The notes under the pieces are model-generated. The model ran no database searches and was not told the DNA's origin. It saw only the letters and a program-made list of their open reading frames with translations. From positions 1,600,001 to 1,664,000 of the forward strand of contig OY771587.1 of NCBI GenBank assembly GCA_963674825.1: DNA of 64,000 nt, read 5' to 3'. This document shows, piece by piece, positions 28,019 through 38,336 of the stretch. Made by a program: the position numbers and the translations under genes. Positions within the stretch are counted from its first letter, which is position 1. Every line of letters begins with the position of its first letter. Origin of the DNA: Candidatus Cloacimonadales bacterium. Lineage in GTDB: Bacteria; Cloacimonadota; Cloacimonadia; Cloacimonadales; JAIOQZ01.

Positions 28019-29257
28019 ATGAAAAAGCATCTTTTCCTGCTGATAGCCGTCTGCGTGTCCATGATGTTCGCGTTGGAGTTTAGTAGCATTAAAAACATCT
28101 ACAAGGGCCCAACCGAACGCCCAGCCAACTGGAAGACGCCATCGCATAACTTCGAGATCATCGACGAATGGGAAGTTGACCTCAAACCCGGGCAATACGT
28201 GCTTTTCTCACCTGCCTCCGAGACCGACAGCGGCGAGCCAAAGATCATTATGGAAGAGGGCAAGAACCGTGCATATCATATCCATGATGGAGAGATGGAA
28301 CTGGTTCCGTTTGCAGTTAGTAATCGCCTGATTAGTGAAAATTGCCAATACATTGCAGGATATCGTTTCGAAAAGGAAAATGAAAATGAAGAAAATGAAA
28401 TTGTTCGCGAAATAATAAGTATAGCAGAGCTTAATGATCATGATATGCAAATCACCTCTTGCATAAAGCAAGGAAAAGACATGCTTGACGTCATTAGCAT
28501 CACATCAAGTGGTTTGTTGCTCTGCGTAGATGAACGCAATGATGGGTATATCCTGGTTGATCAGAACTGGAATGAGATATATCGAAACAACACATTTGGC
28601 AAATACGCTGAATTTTACTGTACTGTTCGATCAAGCCCAAGTAAAAACCGATCGTATATAAAAGTAGGCTACAATAGCCAGGAATTTGTTGATGAGCCTA
28701 TCGGTAACTATGATGGCTTCATGCTGTATATTCATAATGAAAAAGGGGGATTAATAAACACCATGCAGATCCCAGGCGATTTCGAGATGAAGCCCAGCAC
28801 GACAGGAGCTTATTGCTGGCTATCAATGCGAGAGCTTCAAGAGTCATGGCTTATCGATGGACAGGGGAACATTATACAGAAATTCGAGTATCTGACATGT
28901 TTTGGTTGGTCACCTCAAGATGATTTCTGCTATCTAAATGTCGATGATCCGAATATTCTCGCAACGACGTTGAATATTGATGATTTGAAATTTTATGAAG
29001 GAAGTGGATTTATGAGGTCTTCTGGGGTGAATCCACCCTATCAAGTTCGCGCTGGTGTTGAAAGCGTGTATGTTCAGAATTATATCAATGAACAAATGAT
29101 CATCAGGGACACTCCTCCCAAGCCTTCTCATGCCGAAACCATTCGAGGTAAAAAGACAAACAACGAATCTGCGGTAAGCATTTCTGGGGATGGTAAAACA
29201 GTCTGTGTGTTTATAGGTGGCCTTGTCCGTAAATACAGAATCGGGAGTGAAAAATGA
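28019..29257 (+). CDS. secreted hypothetical protein, tandem paralog A (beta-rich)
   Basis: AGGAG SD, signal peptide MKKHLFLLIAVCVSMMFA; paralog of the next gene. Confidence 0.75.
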   Translation: MKKHLFLLIAVCVSMMFALEFSSIKNIYKGPTERPANWKTPSHNFEIIDEWEVDLKPGQYVLFSPASETDSGEPKIIMEEGKNRAYHIHDGEMELVPFAVSNRLISENCQYIAGYRFEKENENEENEIVREIISIAELNDHDMQITSCIKQGKDMLDVISITSSGLLLCVDERNDGYILVDQNWNEIYRNNTFGKYAEFYCTVRSSPSKNRSYIKVGYNSQEFVDEPIGNYDGFMLYIHNEKGGLINTMQIPGDFEMKPSTTGAYCWLSMRELQESWLIDGQGNIIQKFEYLTCFGWSPQDDFCYLNVDDPNILATTLNIDDLKFYEGSGFMRSSGVNPPYQVRAGVESVYVQNYINEQMIIRDTPPKPSHAETIRGKKTNNESAVSISGDGKTVCVFIGGLVRKYRIGSEK

Positions 29258-30135
29258 AAAAGCATCTTTTCCTGCTGATAACCGTCTGCGTGTCCATGAT
29301 GTTCGCGTTGGAGTTTAGTAGCATTAAAAACATCTACAGGGGCCCAACCGAACGCCCAGCCACCTGGAAGACGCCATCGCATAACTTCGAGATCATCGAC
29401 GAATGGGAGGTTGACCTCAAACCCGGGCAGTACGTGCTTTTCTCACCCGCATCCGAAACCGACAGCGGTGAACCGAAGATCATTATGGAAGAGGGCAAGA
29501 ATCGTGCATATTTTATCCATGATGGAGAGATGGAGCTGATACCGTTTCCTGTTAGTAACTTGAACGTCTCGAAAAATGCTGGATATATTACACACGAGGA
29601 GTTTCACTTTGTTCCTGATCAAAGAGCTGATGGAAACGAAAACTACACTCTCCACATCGCCAAGTTGAATGACCATAGCATGGAGATATATACTCATGAT
29701 GGACTGCGTGAAAAGGGGTTAGCTTACCCTCAAATAACGAATTCGGGGCTTATCCTTTTTTATGATGAAAAACATCATGGCTATGTTTTCACCGATCTTG
29801 AAATGAATATCATTTTCCAGAGTACCTTCTTCGCTGAATATCCCAATGCAGGTTTTGGGGTAAAATCATCTTTAAATGGCAATCGTAATTTTGTAAGTAC
29901 CTCCTATATTGATACTCATGAAGAGCTTGATCCTCAGATGCCACACGACAAATATCGCCTTTTTGTTCACGATCGTGAAGGCAACTTGATCAACTCGCTG
30001 GAAATCCCAGGCGATTTTGAGATGAGACCCAGCATGACAGGAGCTTATTGCTGGCTATCAATGCGAGAGCTTCAAGAGTCATGGCTTATCGATGGACAGG
30101 GGAACATTATACAGAAATTCGAGTATCTGACATGT
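28801..30135 (+). repeat. 100-bp perfect direct repeat (28801-28900 and 30036-30135) inside the paralogs
   Basis: GACAGGAGCT...TCTGACATGT identical in both copies, offset 1235 bp. Confidence 0.85.
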
Positions 30136-30510
30136 GTTGGTTGGTCGCCACAGGATGATTTCTGCCATTTAATTTCGCAAGATAAAAGCATTGGATACGT
30201 TTCATTGTACACGAAGGATTTGAGATTTTATAAAAAAGGAAACGTTGGATATGTATCTGGTTTTTATCCGCCCTATCAAGTAATCTCCGGAGCTAACGAC
30301 AAAGACGGAACTGGAAGCATTTCTGTGCAGAATTATATAACAAGGCAGGTTATCATCAGCGACAATCTGCCCGCTAAAGATCATTTTTTCAACAGAAAAG
30401 GGAATATTGATAACCGCGAATCAATGATCAGTATATCGGGTAACGGACAAATAGTCTGCGTTTTCCACAACGGCCTTGTCCGCAAATACCGAATCATCGA
30501 GAAGAAGTAG
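29254..30510 (+). CDS. secreted hypothetical protein, tandem paralog B
   Basis: ATGA-coupled to paralog A; near-identical N-terminal ~95 aa. Confidence 0.75.
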   Translation: MKKHLFLLITVCVSMMFALEFSSIKNIYRGPTERPATWKTPSHNFEIIDEWEVDLKPGQYVLFSPASETDSGEPKIIMEEGKNRAYFIHDGEMELIPFPVSNLNVSKNAGYITHEEFHFVPDQRADGNENYTLHIAKLNDHSMEIYTHDGLREKGLAYPQITNSGLILFYDEKHHGYVFTDLEMNIIFQSTFFAEYPNAGFGVKSSLNGNRNFVSTSYIDTHEELDPQMPHDKYRLFVHDREGNLINSLEIPGDFEMRPSMTGAYCWLSMRELQESWLIDGQGNIIQKFEYLTCVGWSPQDDFCHLISQDKSIGYVSLYTKDLRFYKKGNVGYVSGFYPPYQVISGANDKDGTGSISVQNYITRQVIISDNLPAKDHFFNRKGNIDNRESMISISGNGQIVCVFHNGLVRKYRIIEKK

Positions 30511-30698
30511 TAGCTCAAGCGGATACTTTTTTTGCGGCGAGCCTGGAACGGTGACGGTAGCGATAAGGAACCATCGTATCGTGGATTGGAACCCTTAAAC
30601 GAACGAAATTCTTTAAAAGCATAAAAAGAACAGAGAAAAAACTTTACACTGTTAAATAATCCATTCCGAATTGGCGCATCCAATTCAAGGAGGCACCT

Positions 30699-31766
30699 AT
30701 GAAAAATTTCTTTGCATCCAGGTGGGGCATCATCGTTGCCGGTCTGGCAATCGGAGTGATCGCGTCAGTGCTTCAAAAGCTGGGCAATCCAAGCAACATG
30801 GGATTGTGCATGGCGTGCTTTGAGAGAGATATTGCCGGCGCGCTCGGTTTTCACCAGGCAGGCGTTGTGCAGTATGTACGACCTGAAATTATCGGTATCA
30901 TCATCGGCTCATTCGTAACATCCATTTTCTTCAAGGAATTCAAACCCCGCAGCGGTTCGTCGCCCATCATACGCTTTTTCCTCGGCGTTTTCGCGATGAT
31001 CGGCGCACTGGTCTTCCTCGGCTGCCCGTGGCGCGCGTTTCTGCGCTTGGCAGGCGGTGACTGGAACGCGATTATCGGAATCGTGGGACTTGCCTTTGGC
31101 GTCGGGATCGGCGTGATTTTCCTGCGTTCGGGATTCAATCTCGGCCGGTCTTATTCCTCACGAAGCCGCTTCTCGGGATGGGTTTTCCCGATCGTAACGG
31201 TTATCATTTTCATCTTTTTCCTTCTCAAGCTTCCCTTTATTCACTTCAGCGAAAAGGGACCTGGCTCGCAATACGCGCCCATCGCCATTAGTCTCATTGC
31301 AGGCCTGGTCATCGGTTTCCTCGCAAACCGCAGCCGCTTCTGTACCATGGGCTCGATCCGCGACGTGATCCTGATTCGCGATTTCCATCTTCTCAGCGGC
31401 GTACTCGCATTCACCGTCGCCGCATTGATCATGAACTTCATCTTTGGGCAATTCCACCCAGGATTCGCAAATCCGCCCATCGGCCACACCGACGGCCTCT
31501 GGAACTTCCTCGGCATGACGCTGGCTGGCCTTGCCTTCGCGCTGGCGGGTGGATGTCCCGGACGTCAATTGATCCTGGCTGGTGAAGGTAACGGCGATTC
31601 GACCGTTTTCGTGCTGGGTATGCTTGCAGGAGCAGGATTCGCGCATAACTTCAGCCTGGCCTCAAGCCCGAAAGGAATCGGAACTTACGGCGCACAGGCT
31701 ACCATTCTCGGCCTGATCTTCTGCGTGGTTATCGGCCTTTTCATGATCGAACGAAGAAAAGCGTAA
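30699..31766 (+). CDS. yedE: YedE-family putative selenium/sulfur transporter
   Basis: GNPSNMGLCMACFERDIAGALG, LGCPWR, RSRFC, GGCPGRQ; many TM helices. Confidence 0.85.
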   Translation: MKNFFASRWGIIVAGLAIGVIASVLQKLGNPSNMGLCMACFERDIAGALGFHQAGVVQYVRPEIIGIIIGSFVTSIFFKEFKPRSGSSPIIRFFLGVFAMIGALVFLGCPWRAFLRLAGGDWNAIIGIVGLAFGVGIGVIFLRSGFNLGRSYSSRSRFSGWVFPIVTVIIFIFFLLKLPFIHFSEKGPGSQYAPIAISLIAGLVIGFLANRSRFCTMGSIRDVILIRDFHLLSGVLAFTVAALIMNFIFGQFHPGFANPPIGHTDGLWNFLGMTLAGLAFALAGGCPGRQLILAGEGNGDSTVFVLGMLAGAGFAHNFSLASSPKGIGTYGAQATILGLIFCVVIGLFMIERRKA

Positions 31767-31779
31767 AGGGAGGAAAAAA

Positions 31780-31989
31780 ATGAATGTGATCGACACACGC
31801 GGACTCTCCTGTCCGCAACCCGTAGTCATGACCAAAAAAGAGATCAATCGCGGTAAGGGTGATTTCTCCATTCTTCTCGACAGCGTCGTCGCGAAAGAAA
31901 ACGTGCTCAGAGTCCTGGAACGTTTCCAGCTCCAATACAAGGAAATTGAAGAGAACGGCGAGTTCAAAATCAACGTAAAGCGAAGCTGA
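31780..31989 (+). CDS. TusA/SirA-family sulfur/selenium carrier
   Basis: IDTRGLSCPQPV (CPxP). Confidence 0.9.
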   Translation: MNVIDTRGLSCPQPVVMTKKEINRGKGDFSILLDSVVAKENVLRVLERFQLQYKEIEENGEFKINVKRS

Positions 31990-31992
31990 TTC

Positions 31993-33156
31993 ATGGAGCG
32001 TCCGGTTTACTTCGATAACGCGGCTACCTCGTTTCCAAAGCCATCCACGGTTGTTCACGCAGTCGTGCACTATATGACGCAGATCGGCGCTAACGCGGGG
32101 CGATCGAGTCATTTCCGCGCGGTGGAAGCAGGCAGGTTGTTGTTCAACGTCCGCAATTCGCTTGCATCCATGTTCGGGCTGGATAACCCGATGAATGTCA
32201 TCCTGACCGAAAACGCCACCGGCGCACTCAGCCTGGCAATTCTGGGCTATCTTCGCGAAGGGATGCACGTCATCACCAGCTCGATGGAACACAATAGCGT
32301 TATCAGACCGCTGGAGCATCTGCGCAAGCAAGGAACGATCCGGCTCGACATCGTGCAGTGCGATACCGCGGGAAAGCTCGATCCTGACGACATCCGCAAA
32401 TCGATCTGCAACGATACGGCCCTGGTCGCGATCAACCACGCCTCCAACGTAAACGGAGTCGTGCAGCCAGTCGCCGAAATTGGTGCGATATGCCGCGAAA
32501 AGGGGATCACCTTCCTGGTGGACGCATCCCAAAGCGCTGGGAGCTATCCGATCAATATGAAGGAAATGCAGATCGACCTACTGGCAATACCGGGGCATAA
32601 AGCGCTCCTTGGCCCCACCGGAACCGGTGCTCTACTAATTGACGACAGCTTCGATCCCAAACGAATCTCACCACGTAAATTTGGCGGAACAGGCAGCGCC
32701 TCCAGCATGATTGAGCAGCCTGATTTCCTGCCGGATCGCTTCGAAAGCGGTACACCGAACCTCGCAGGCTTCGCCGGACTGGCAGCAGGCTTGGATTATC
32801 TTCAGCGTTTTGAAGGTGGAATCCAGAGGATTCACCAGCATGAATCGGAACTGAGAGAATATTTTGTGGAAAAGGCACTCCAGGAAGGAGTCGAGATATA
32901 CTCGGACGAACGTAATCCGGCCACCGCAACCGTTTCGTTCCGAATCCCGAATTTCAGTGTTTCAGATGTCGCCAGAAGGTTTTCCGATGATGAAGGAATT
33001 CTGTGCCGGCAGGGCCTACATTGTGCCCCTCTGGCACATCGAACACTGAATACATTCCCCGAAGGCAGCTTGCGTTTCGGATTCGGGTTGTTCAATTCAT
33101 ACGAAGAGATTGATTATGCAATCGATGCAATCAGGAGGATACGCGATGCCCAATAG
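31993..33156 (+). CDS. cysteine desulfurase/selenocysteine lyase family PLP enzyme (class V)
   Basis: YFDNAATSFPKP, EHNSV, HASNVNG, DASQSAG, GHKALLGP, RQGLHCAP. Confidence 0.9.
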   Translation: MERPVYFDNAATSFPKPSTVVHAVVHYMTQIGANAGRSSHFRAVEAGRLLFNVRNSLASMFGLDNPMNVILTENATGALSLAILGYLREGMHVITSSMEHNSVIRPLEHLRKQGTIRLDIVQCDTAGKLDPDDIRKSICNDTALVAINHASNVNGVVQPVAEIGAICREKGITFLVDASQSAGSYPINMKEMQIDLLAIPGHKALLGPTGTGALLIDDSFDPKRISPRKFGGTGSASSMIEQPDFLPDRFESGTPNLAGFAGLAAGLDYLQRFEGGIQRIHQHESELREYFVEKALQEGVEIYSDERNPATATVSFRIPNFSVSDVARRFSDDEGILCRQGLHCAPLAHRTLNTFPEGSLRFGFGLFNSYEEIDYAIDAIRRIRDAQ

Positions 33157-33373
33157 CAGTTTTGTGATCCTGTTCCATTCATCCAATCATGCAATATGGG
33201 CTGAGGCCGCATTGAAAAAGGCCTGCATCAACTGCAAGATGATCCCGGTACCACGGCATCTGAGCTCTGATTGCGGGTATTGTGTGGAGTTCGAACACAC
33301 GGAGCATGATCACGTACTGGATATTCTGTCACATGGAGGTATCGAGTACGACCGGATCGCGATGTCGAAGTAG
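33146..33373 (+). CDS. DUF3343-like small protein
   Basis: ILFHSSNHAIWAE...IPVPRHLSSDCG; AGGAGG SD; usual partner of the yedE/desulfurase module. Confidence 0.75.
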   Translation: MPNSSFVILFHSSNHAIWAEAALKKACINCKMIPVPRHLSSDCGYCVEFEHTEHDHVLDILSHGGIEYDRIAMSK

Positions 33374-33375
33374 GT

Positions 33376-33723
33376 TTACTGCTTTCCCGTTTTCTTCAGA
33401 AGCGCTTTCAGGTCTTTGAGCTCCTGAATAACATTCATCTTGATCGCGGAGTGGTCATCGGAGAAGAAGATTTCTTTCTGAATGGGTTCTTTGGCTTCGC
33501 TGGCAAGCCGTTTGCGTGCACCTTCGATGGTAAACTTCTGGTTATGAAGCATATCCTTGATCCGCGTTAGCAGATCGATATCTTTCTGCGAATACTTGCG
33601 ATTACCGCCGCTGGTCTTCTGCGGACGCAGCTGCCGGAATTCGGATTCCCAGTAGCGGATAACATGCGTTTTGAGGTCGAGAAGGTTACTGACTTCGCCG
33701 ATAGAATAATAATATTTTTTCAT
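33376..33723 (-). CDS. MerR-family HTH regulator
   Basis: YYSIGEVS...HVIRYWESEF...GGNRKY...FTIEGA. Confidence 0.9.
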   Translation of the reverse strand: MKKYYYSIGEVSNLLDLKTHVIRYWESEFRQLRPQKTSGGNRKYSQKDIDLLTRIKDMLHNQKFTIEGARKRLASEAKEPIQKEIFFSDDHSAIKMNVIQELKDLKALLKKTGKQ

Positions 33724-33724
33724 A

Positions 33725-35299
33725 TCAATAATCTTTTCTTAGTGCTCGGTAATTTGATATTGTGTGATTTCGGACCCATGCAAACAGACCCATGACAAGT
33801 CCTATTAAACCCAGTACCAGCGGAAACGCGCGGAGTGGTCCACAATACAGGGACTTTGACTCATAGCGATACACCGGACTTTGCAATGTTCCACGCTTGA
33901 ACAATCCCAGCTTTTTCTCGATCCTGCCAGTAGGAAGCACGATCATTGAGATACCCGAATTTGCCGCCCTATAGATCTGCCTGCGAGTCTCGATCGCGCG
34001 GAATTTGACCATCATCGCATGCTGGTAAGTTCCAACTGAATGGCCAAACCAGCCGTCGTTGGTGAGATTAACGATGAAGTCGGCATCATTCTTTTCTATA
34101 TTGCACGTGAGATGCGGGAAAGCGATTTCGAAGCAAATCAGGGGTGAATATCGCAAGCCGTCAACTGTGTAATAAGCAGTGGAATCGCCAGGCTGGAAAT
34201 TCGCCTGTCCAAGCTGCATACTCCACAGGAACGGGAATGTATTCAGCCAGGGGGTTCTTTCCCCGAAAGGTACCAGCGCTATCTTGTTGTAGATTGGATC
34301 GGGACGTGTGTCGGGGTTGAACTGAGTACAGCTATTGTAGTCGTAAGAATCGACGTGAGGATTATCCTTGAGGATTACCATATGCGGAAATCCGGTAAAG
34401 ATTGGAACATCGAGCCTGTTGCTCCACCTCTGTACGGGATTAAACTGGCTGCGGAGCCTGCCGAGATACATGGGAATAGCGGCCTCGGGGTAGACGACAA
34501 GGTTAGCGCTATCTTTCCGGGCAGCTTCGGTCATAGTTTCGTAGACGGTGAGTGTGCTGTCCAGATAAGCACGATCCCATTTAATTTCCTGCGGGATGCT
34601 GGGCTGTACGATGGCAACTTCGGTGTTGGTTTTGTGCATGGGAAGACCATACAGTCTGATTCCGCCATAGACGAGCCATGCTGTCATCAAGATACCCAGC
34701 AGGATAAAATATTTCTGCGGTCTGCGATAGGTTTTATAGATCATCCAGTTGACCACAATAATCAGCACTGATACAAGGTAAACACCGCCAATTTCGGCGA
34801 CTTGAATCAGGATAGTATACTCGGAAAGTGAGTAACCGAGGTTGTGCCATGGAAAACGGAAGTCACCGAAGTTTTGCAGCCATTCGAAGCCGACCCATAA
34901 TCCAATGATCGCCAGCAATCGCCAAACACGGGAGTTTTTCCATACAGCGTCGATCAGACCGAAAAGTATGCTGAAGTACATCGAGAACAGAAACGTGATA
35001 CCCACCCATATTCCTAAACCAATTGGAACCTCCGACCACTTGGGTACCATCGCATGACGTGCCGTGAAGATAACCCAGTGGAGCGAAATTATGGTATAGA
35101 GTGTGGCAAAAAGAACGCCGGCCGTGATGATTTTCGCACCGGATCGATCACGATTCTGGAAGAACGAGAATAGCGGGATCAGCGCAAAGAATACCAGAAA
35201 ACCCAAGTGCCAGTTCAAGCGCGACAATCCGAACAGGAATGCGGCCAGAAGAGGTTCCTGATAGGATTCCCAGAAACTATGGGAGTGGCTGTATCTCAT
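33725..35299 (-). CDS. lnt: apolipoprotein N-acyltransferase
   Basis: N-terminal TM helices, FPW, VQPSIPQ, YPEAA, YNKIALVPFGE, LICFEIAF, NLTNDGWF, RAANSGIS; start position approximate. Confidence 0.92.
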   Translation of the reverse strand: MRYSHSHSFWESYQEPLLAAFLFGLSRLNWHLGFLVFFALIPLFSFFQNRDRSGAKIITAGVLFATLYTIISLHWVIFTARHAMVPKWSEVPIGLGIWVGITFLFSMYFSILFGLIDAVWKNSRVWRLLAIIGLWVGFEWLQNFGDFRFPWHNLGYSLSEYTILIQVAEIGGVYLVSVLIIVVNWMIYKTYRRPQKYFILLGILMTAWLVYGGIRLYGLPMHKTNTEVAIVQPSIPQEIKWDRAYLDSTLTVYETMTEAARKDSANLVVYPEAAIPMYLGRLRSQFNPVQRWSNRLDVPIFTGFPHMVILKDNPHVDSYDYNSCTQFNPDTRPDPIYNKIALVPFGERTPWLNTFPFLWSMQLGQANFQPGDSTAYYTVDGLRYSPLICFEIAFPHLTCNIEKNDADFIVNLTNDGWFGHSVGTYQHAMMVKFRAIETRRQIYRAANSGISMIVLPTGRIEKKLGLFKRGTLQSPVYRYESKSLYCGPLRAFPLVLGLIGLVMGLFAWVRNHTISNYRALRKDY

Positions 35300-36107
35300 A
35301 CTTGCTCTCGTAAATGGTGACGCCGCCTTCGCGAACGACGACCCAAGCGCCTGATTCGATGAAGAAACTCTTGATGCGCTCAATACCCATGGCGAGCTTC
35401 GCGCCGGTCGATTGTTGTTCGATCGCGTTCGGAAGCATCGTGAATTTCTGGTTGAAGCGGTCGAGCTGCATGAAACCAGGGACGTCTTCCAGATGTTGCC
35501 CCATGGCGTTATAGATCAGCGTAGTATCGTCACCGGCATCATAGATCCAGACGTATTCGCGGTTGGTCGTGATGCGCTGTGGCCGGGTAAACTGGAATTT
35601 CCCGAAGGTAAAACGCTCTTCTTCCCGCGTACTGGTGACAATAGTAATATCCTTGCTGAAGTTGTCGTAGATATACATTTCCTCGTCATCGGTGACGTCA
35701 AACCGTGTAGGTTCTTTGAGGTAAGAAAGGTCGTAATCGGCGATCCACATTCCGTCTTTGTCGAACTTCTTGATCTTGCGGCTGAAACTGTCGAGCGCGA
35801 GAATTTTTCCGTCCGGTGCAAGTGCTATGTCGTCCAGACGGCTGAAATTAGACTTATCGAACCCGAGCTTGCCGATTGTGTTGATCCTCTTACCATCCCG
35901 GAAAATATGAATAGCGTTATCGTTTTCGGGCATGATATAGAGCGTTCTTGTGATGGTATCGTAGCAACATTTGCGGATGGATTGCTCGAAATCGAGCTGC
36001 TGGGGTTTGGTCAGGCCGACCGGAATCGATACCGGGCGATCCTGAAGAAAGGAGCATCCCATAAGCAGGACGATCAGGAGAAATAACCAGCTATAGCTTT
36101 TTCGCAA
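35277..36107 (-). CDS. NHL/6-bladed beta-propeller lipoprotein
   Basis: Lipobox LMGC; DDIALAPDGKILALDS-type NHL repeats. Confidence 0.7.
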   Translation of the reverse strand: MRKSYSWLFLLIVLLMGCSFLQDRPVSIPVGLTKPQQLDFEQSIRKCCYDTITRTLYIMPENDNAIHIFRDGKRINTIGKLGFDKSNFSRLDDIALAPDGKILALDSFSRKIKKFDKDGMWIADYDLSYLKEPTRFDVTDDEEMYIYDNFSKDITIVTSTREEERFTFGKFQFTRPQRITTNREYVWIYDAGDDTTLIYNAMGQHLEDVPGFMQLDRFNQKFTMLPNAIEQQSTGAKLAMGIERIKSFFIESGAWVVVREGGVTIYESKYEIQPLP

Positions 36108-37815
36108 AGTGGATGTCCTTTAGCTTGCCCTGGATCGAGGTCTTATCCTGCCAGGTATTCCACTCGAGTGAATAGGCGATGTCAATCATGATATTTTTAC
36201 GCAGGAACGGCAGCAGGTTGCCCATGTTGAAGCCGATAAGATCGAGCACGCAGCCATCTTTTTTGACCTTCATCTTGAGGTGGTTCCTGCCTACCATGTA
36301 CGGATAGCCCACCACGGTGACATTCCGGGTGTAAAAGATCGGACGCATGTTTCCCGGTCCGAATGGCGCAAATTTCTCCAGCCACTCGATAAGGTTGTCG
36401 TTTATCTCGTAGAGCTCAAGCTTGTATTCCACCTTAAGCGGTGGAATGAGCTGTTCCGGTAAAGTGTTTTCACGGACATAGGTGTTCAATTTCTGCTCGA
36501 ACTGGTCAAGATATTCTGGCAAGATGGAGAGCCCCGCTGCGTACTTGTGGCCGCCGAAGCTTTCGAGCATATCCTCGACACTGGAGAGCGCTTCGAAGAG
36601 ATCGAAATCGGAGATACTACGCCCTGAACCGCTGCCCACGCCTTCGTTTAGCGCGATCATGATGGTGGGACGATAGTATTTCTCGACCAGCTTGGAGGCG
36701 ACGATTCCGATGACGCCGGGATGCCAGTTTTCCGAAGATATGACAATGCAATGGACTTCGCTGAGGTTATTGTATTTACGTTCAATGATATCACAGGCTT
36801 CCTGGAAAGTCTGTTGATCGACCTCCTGCCGAAGCGTGTTTTCCTTCTCGATGACACGCGCCAGCTCTTCGCTCTGCGTGCGATCTTCCGAGATCAGCAG
36901 TTCGACAGCACGCATCGCGCTTCCCATGCGTCCGGCCGCGTTGATTCGCGGAGCCAGCCCGAAGACGATATCTGTCGTGTTCAGCTCTTTGTTGATGAGC
37001 CCGGAGATGTTGATTAACGCGGTAAGACCGAGGTTGCGTTTACGGAAAAGGTGCTTGAGACCCACACTGGCGAAGATACGGTTTTCACCGGTGAGAGGCA
37101 CGATATCGGCGATGGTTCCAACTGCGACCAGATCAAGGAAACGCGTGATGTTTTCTTCTGTCGCTACATCCATCTCGTGATACACCGCCATCATCAGTTT
37201 GTAAGCCGCGCCGACACCGGCAAGATCCTGATAGGGATATCCGCTGTTCTCCACCTTGGCATTGATAATGGAAAGAGCGCTGGGTAAAGTATCCTTGGGG
37301 TTATGGTGATCAGTAACAATCAGCTCCATCCCGAGACGGGTAATCTCGTCAACTTCTTCTACCGCATTGATACCGCAATCAACAGTGACGATGAGATTGG
37401 TACCTTCGTCACGAAGCTGCTGCACACCATTCATGGAAAGGCCGTAGCCATCGATCATACGATGGGGTATGTAGTAGTTTACAATTGCGCCAATACGTTT
37501 GAGCCCGAGGTAGAGCAGTGCTGTGGCGGTGGTTCCATCCACGTCGTAATCACCATAGATGGTGATCAGCTCCTGGTCTTCGATCGCTTTTCGGATGCGC
37601 TTGGCTGCGATCCGCATATCGCCGAAGAGGAATGGATCGTGGGTGTGATCCAAGTGAGGATTGAAGAATCGATTGATTTCCTCGATATCCGTAATGCCTT
37701 TTCTCAGGAGGATTTCAGCAATGATATCGGGTGCGTGAATCTCGTTCGCGATTGACCTTTTCAGCTCGTTTTGTTCATCGGTCAGGTCCTTTGCATGATG
37801 CCATCTTTTTTCCAT
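36091..37815 (-). CDS. recJ: single-stranded DNA exonuclease RecJ
   Basis: GDYDVDG, TVDCG, TDHH, GTIADIVPL, PRINAAGR, GSGRS, GGHKYAAG. Confidence 0.96.
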   Translation of the reverse strand: MEKRWHHAKDLTDEQNELKRSIANEIHAPDIIAEILLRKGITDIEEINRFFNPHLDHTHDPFLFGDMRIAAKRIRKAIEDQELITIYGDYDVDGTTATALLYLGLKRIGAIVNYYIPHRMIDGYGLSMNGVQQLRDEGTNLIVTVDCGINAVEEVDEITRLGMELIVTDHHNPKDTLPSALSIINAKVENSGYPYQDLAGVGAAYKLMMAVYHEMDVATEENITRFLDLVAVGTIADIVPLTGENRIFASVGLKHLFRKRNLGLTALINISGLINKELNTTDIVFGLAPRINAAGRMGSAMRAVELLISEDRTQSEELARVIEKENTLRQEVDQQTFQEACDIIERKYNNLSEVHCIVISSENWHPGVIGIVASKLVEKYYRPTIMIALNEGVGSGSGRSISDFDLFEALSSVEDMLESFGGHKYAAGLSILPEYLDQFEQKLNTYVRENTLPEQLIPPLKVEYKLELYEINDNLIEWLEKFAPFGPGNMRPIFYTRNVTVVGYPYMVGRNHLKMKVKKDGCVLDLIGFNMGNLLPFLRKNIMIDIAYSLEWNTWQDKTSIQGKLKDIHFAKKL

Positions 37816-37880
37816 AATAACCTATTTTTTATTTATTTCTTTTCTAATAATAAAGGAATCCGGCTTGGATTCGATAATGT

Positions 37881-38316
37881 TGTCGGAGAAGATGATAAGC
37901 CGAATTCTGTACACTGCGTAACAGGCAGTGTTATGTCTATTTATCTGGACCGGGTCTCACGACTCCCAACTGGGATCGCTATGCGACCGGTTCGTGCTGC
38001 CTACCCGGGAATCAAACGGACCGGGCCGATCCTCTTCCCCTATTCGGCATTGCACCGGATAAGGCATTCCTGGCATTCCAGCTCACGCCGGAACCCGGTA
38101 GTCTCTTACACTACCATTTCACCCTTACCCAGCATCAAGATGTAACGGGGAATAACTTCCCTGAGAATAATATTGCAGGCAAATTTCGATGCTGGGCGGT
38201 TTATTTTCTGTGGAGCTGCTCTTCGTCACCGAAGCTTCCCGTTAGGAAGTATCCTGCCCTACGGTGTTCGGACTTTCCTCCCCACTATGGGAGCAGACAT
38301 GCTATCTTCTCCGACA
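37881..38316 (-). ncRNA. rnpB: RNase P RNA
   Basis: Minus strand GAGGAAAGTCCGAAC near the 5' end and ACAGAATTCGGCTTATC near the 3' end; P1 TGTCGGAGAAGAT/ATCTTCTCCGACA; located downstream of a zinc-ribbon gene as is common. Confidence 0.93.
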
Positions 38317-38336
38317 CGATATCCGTAAAATAATGA

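Noticed and set aside
28019..30510. Paralog repeats as DGR TR/VR or a CRISPR array
   Set aside because: Differences are not adenine-specific, both copies are coding, and there is no repeat-spacer periodicity
37771..38145. 124-aa plus-strand ORF
   Set aside because: Antisense to RNase P RNA and the recJ start
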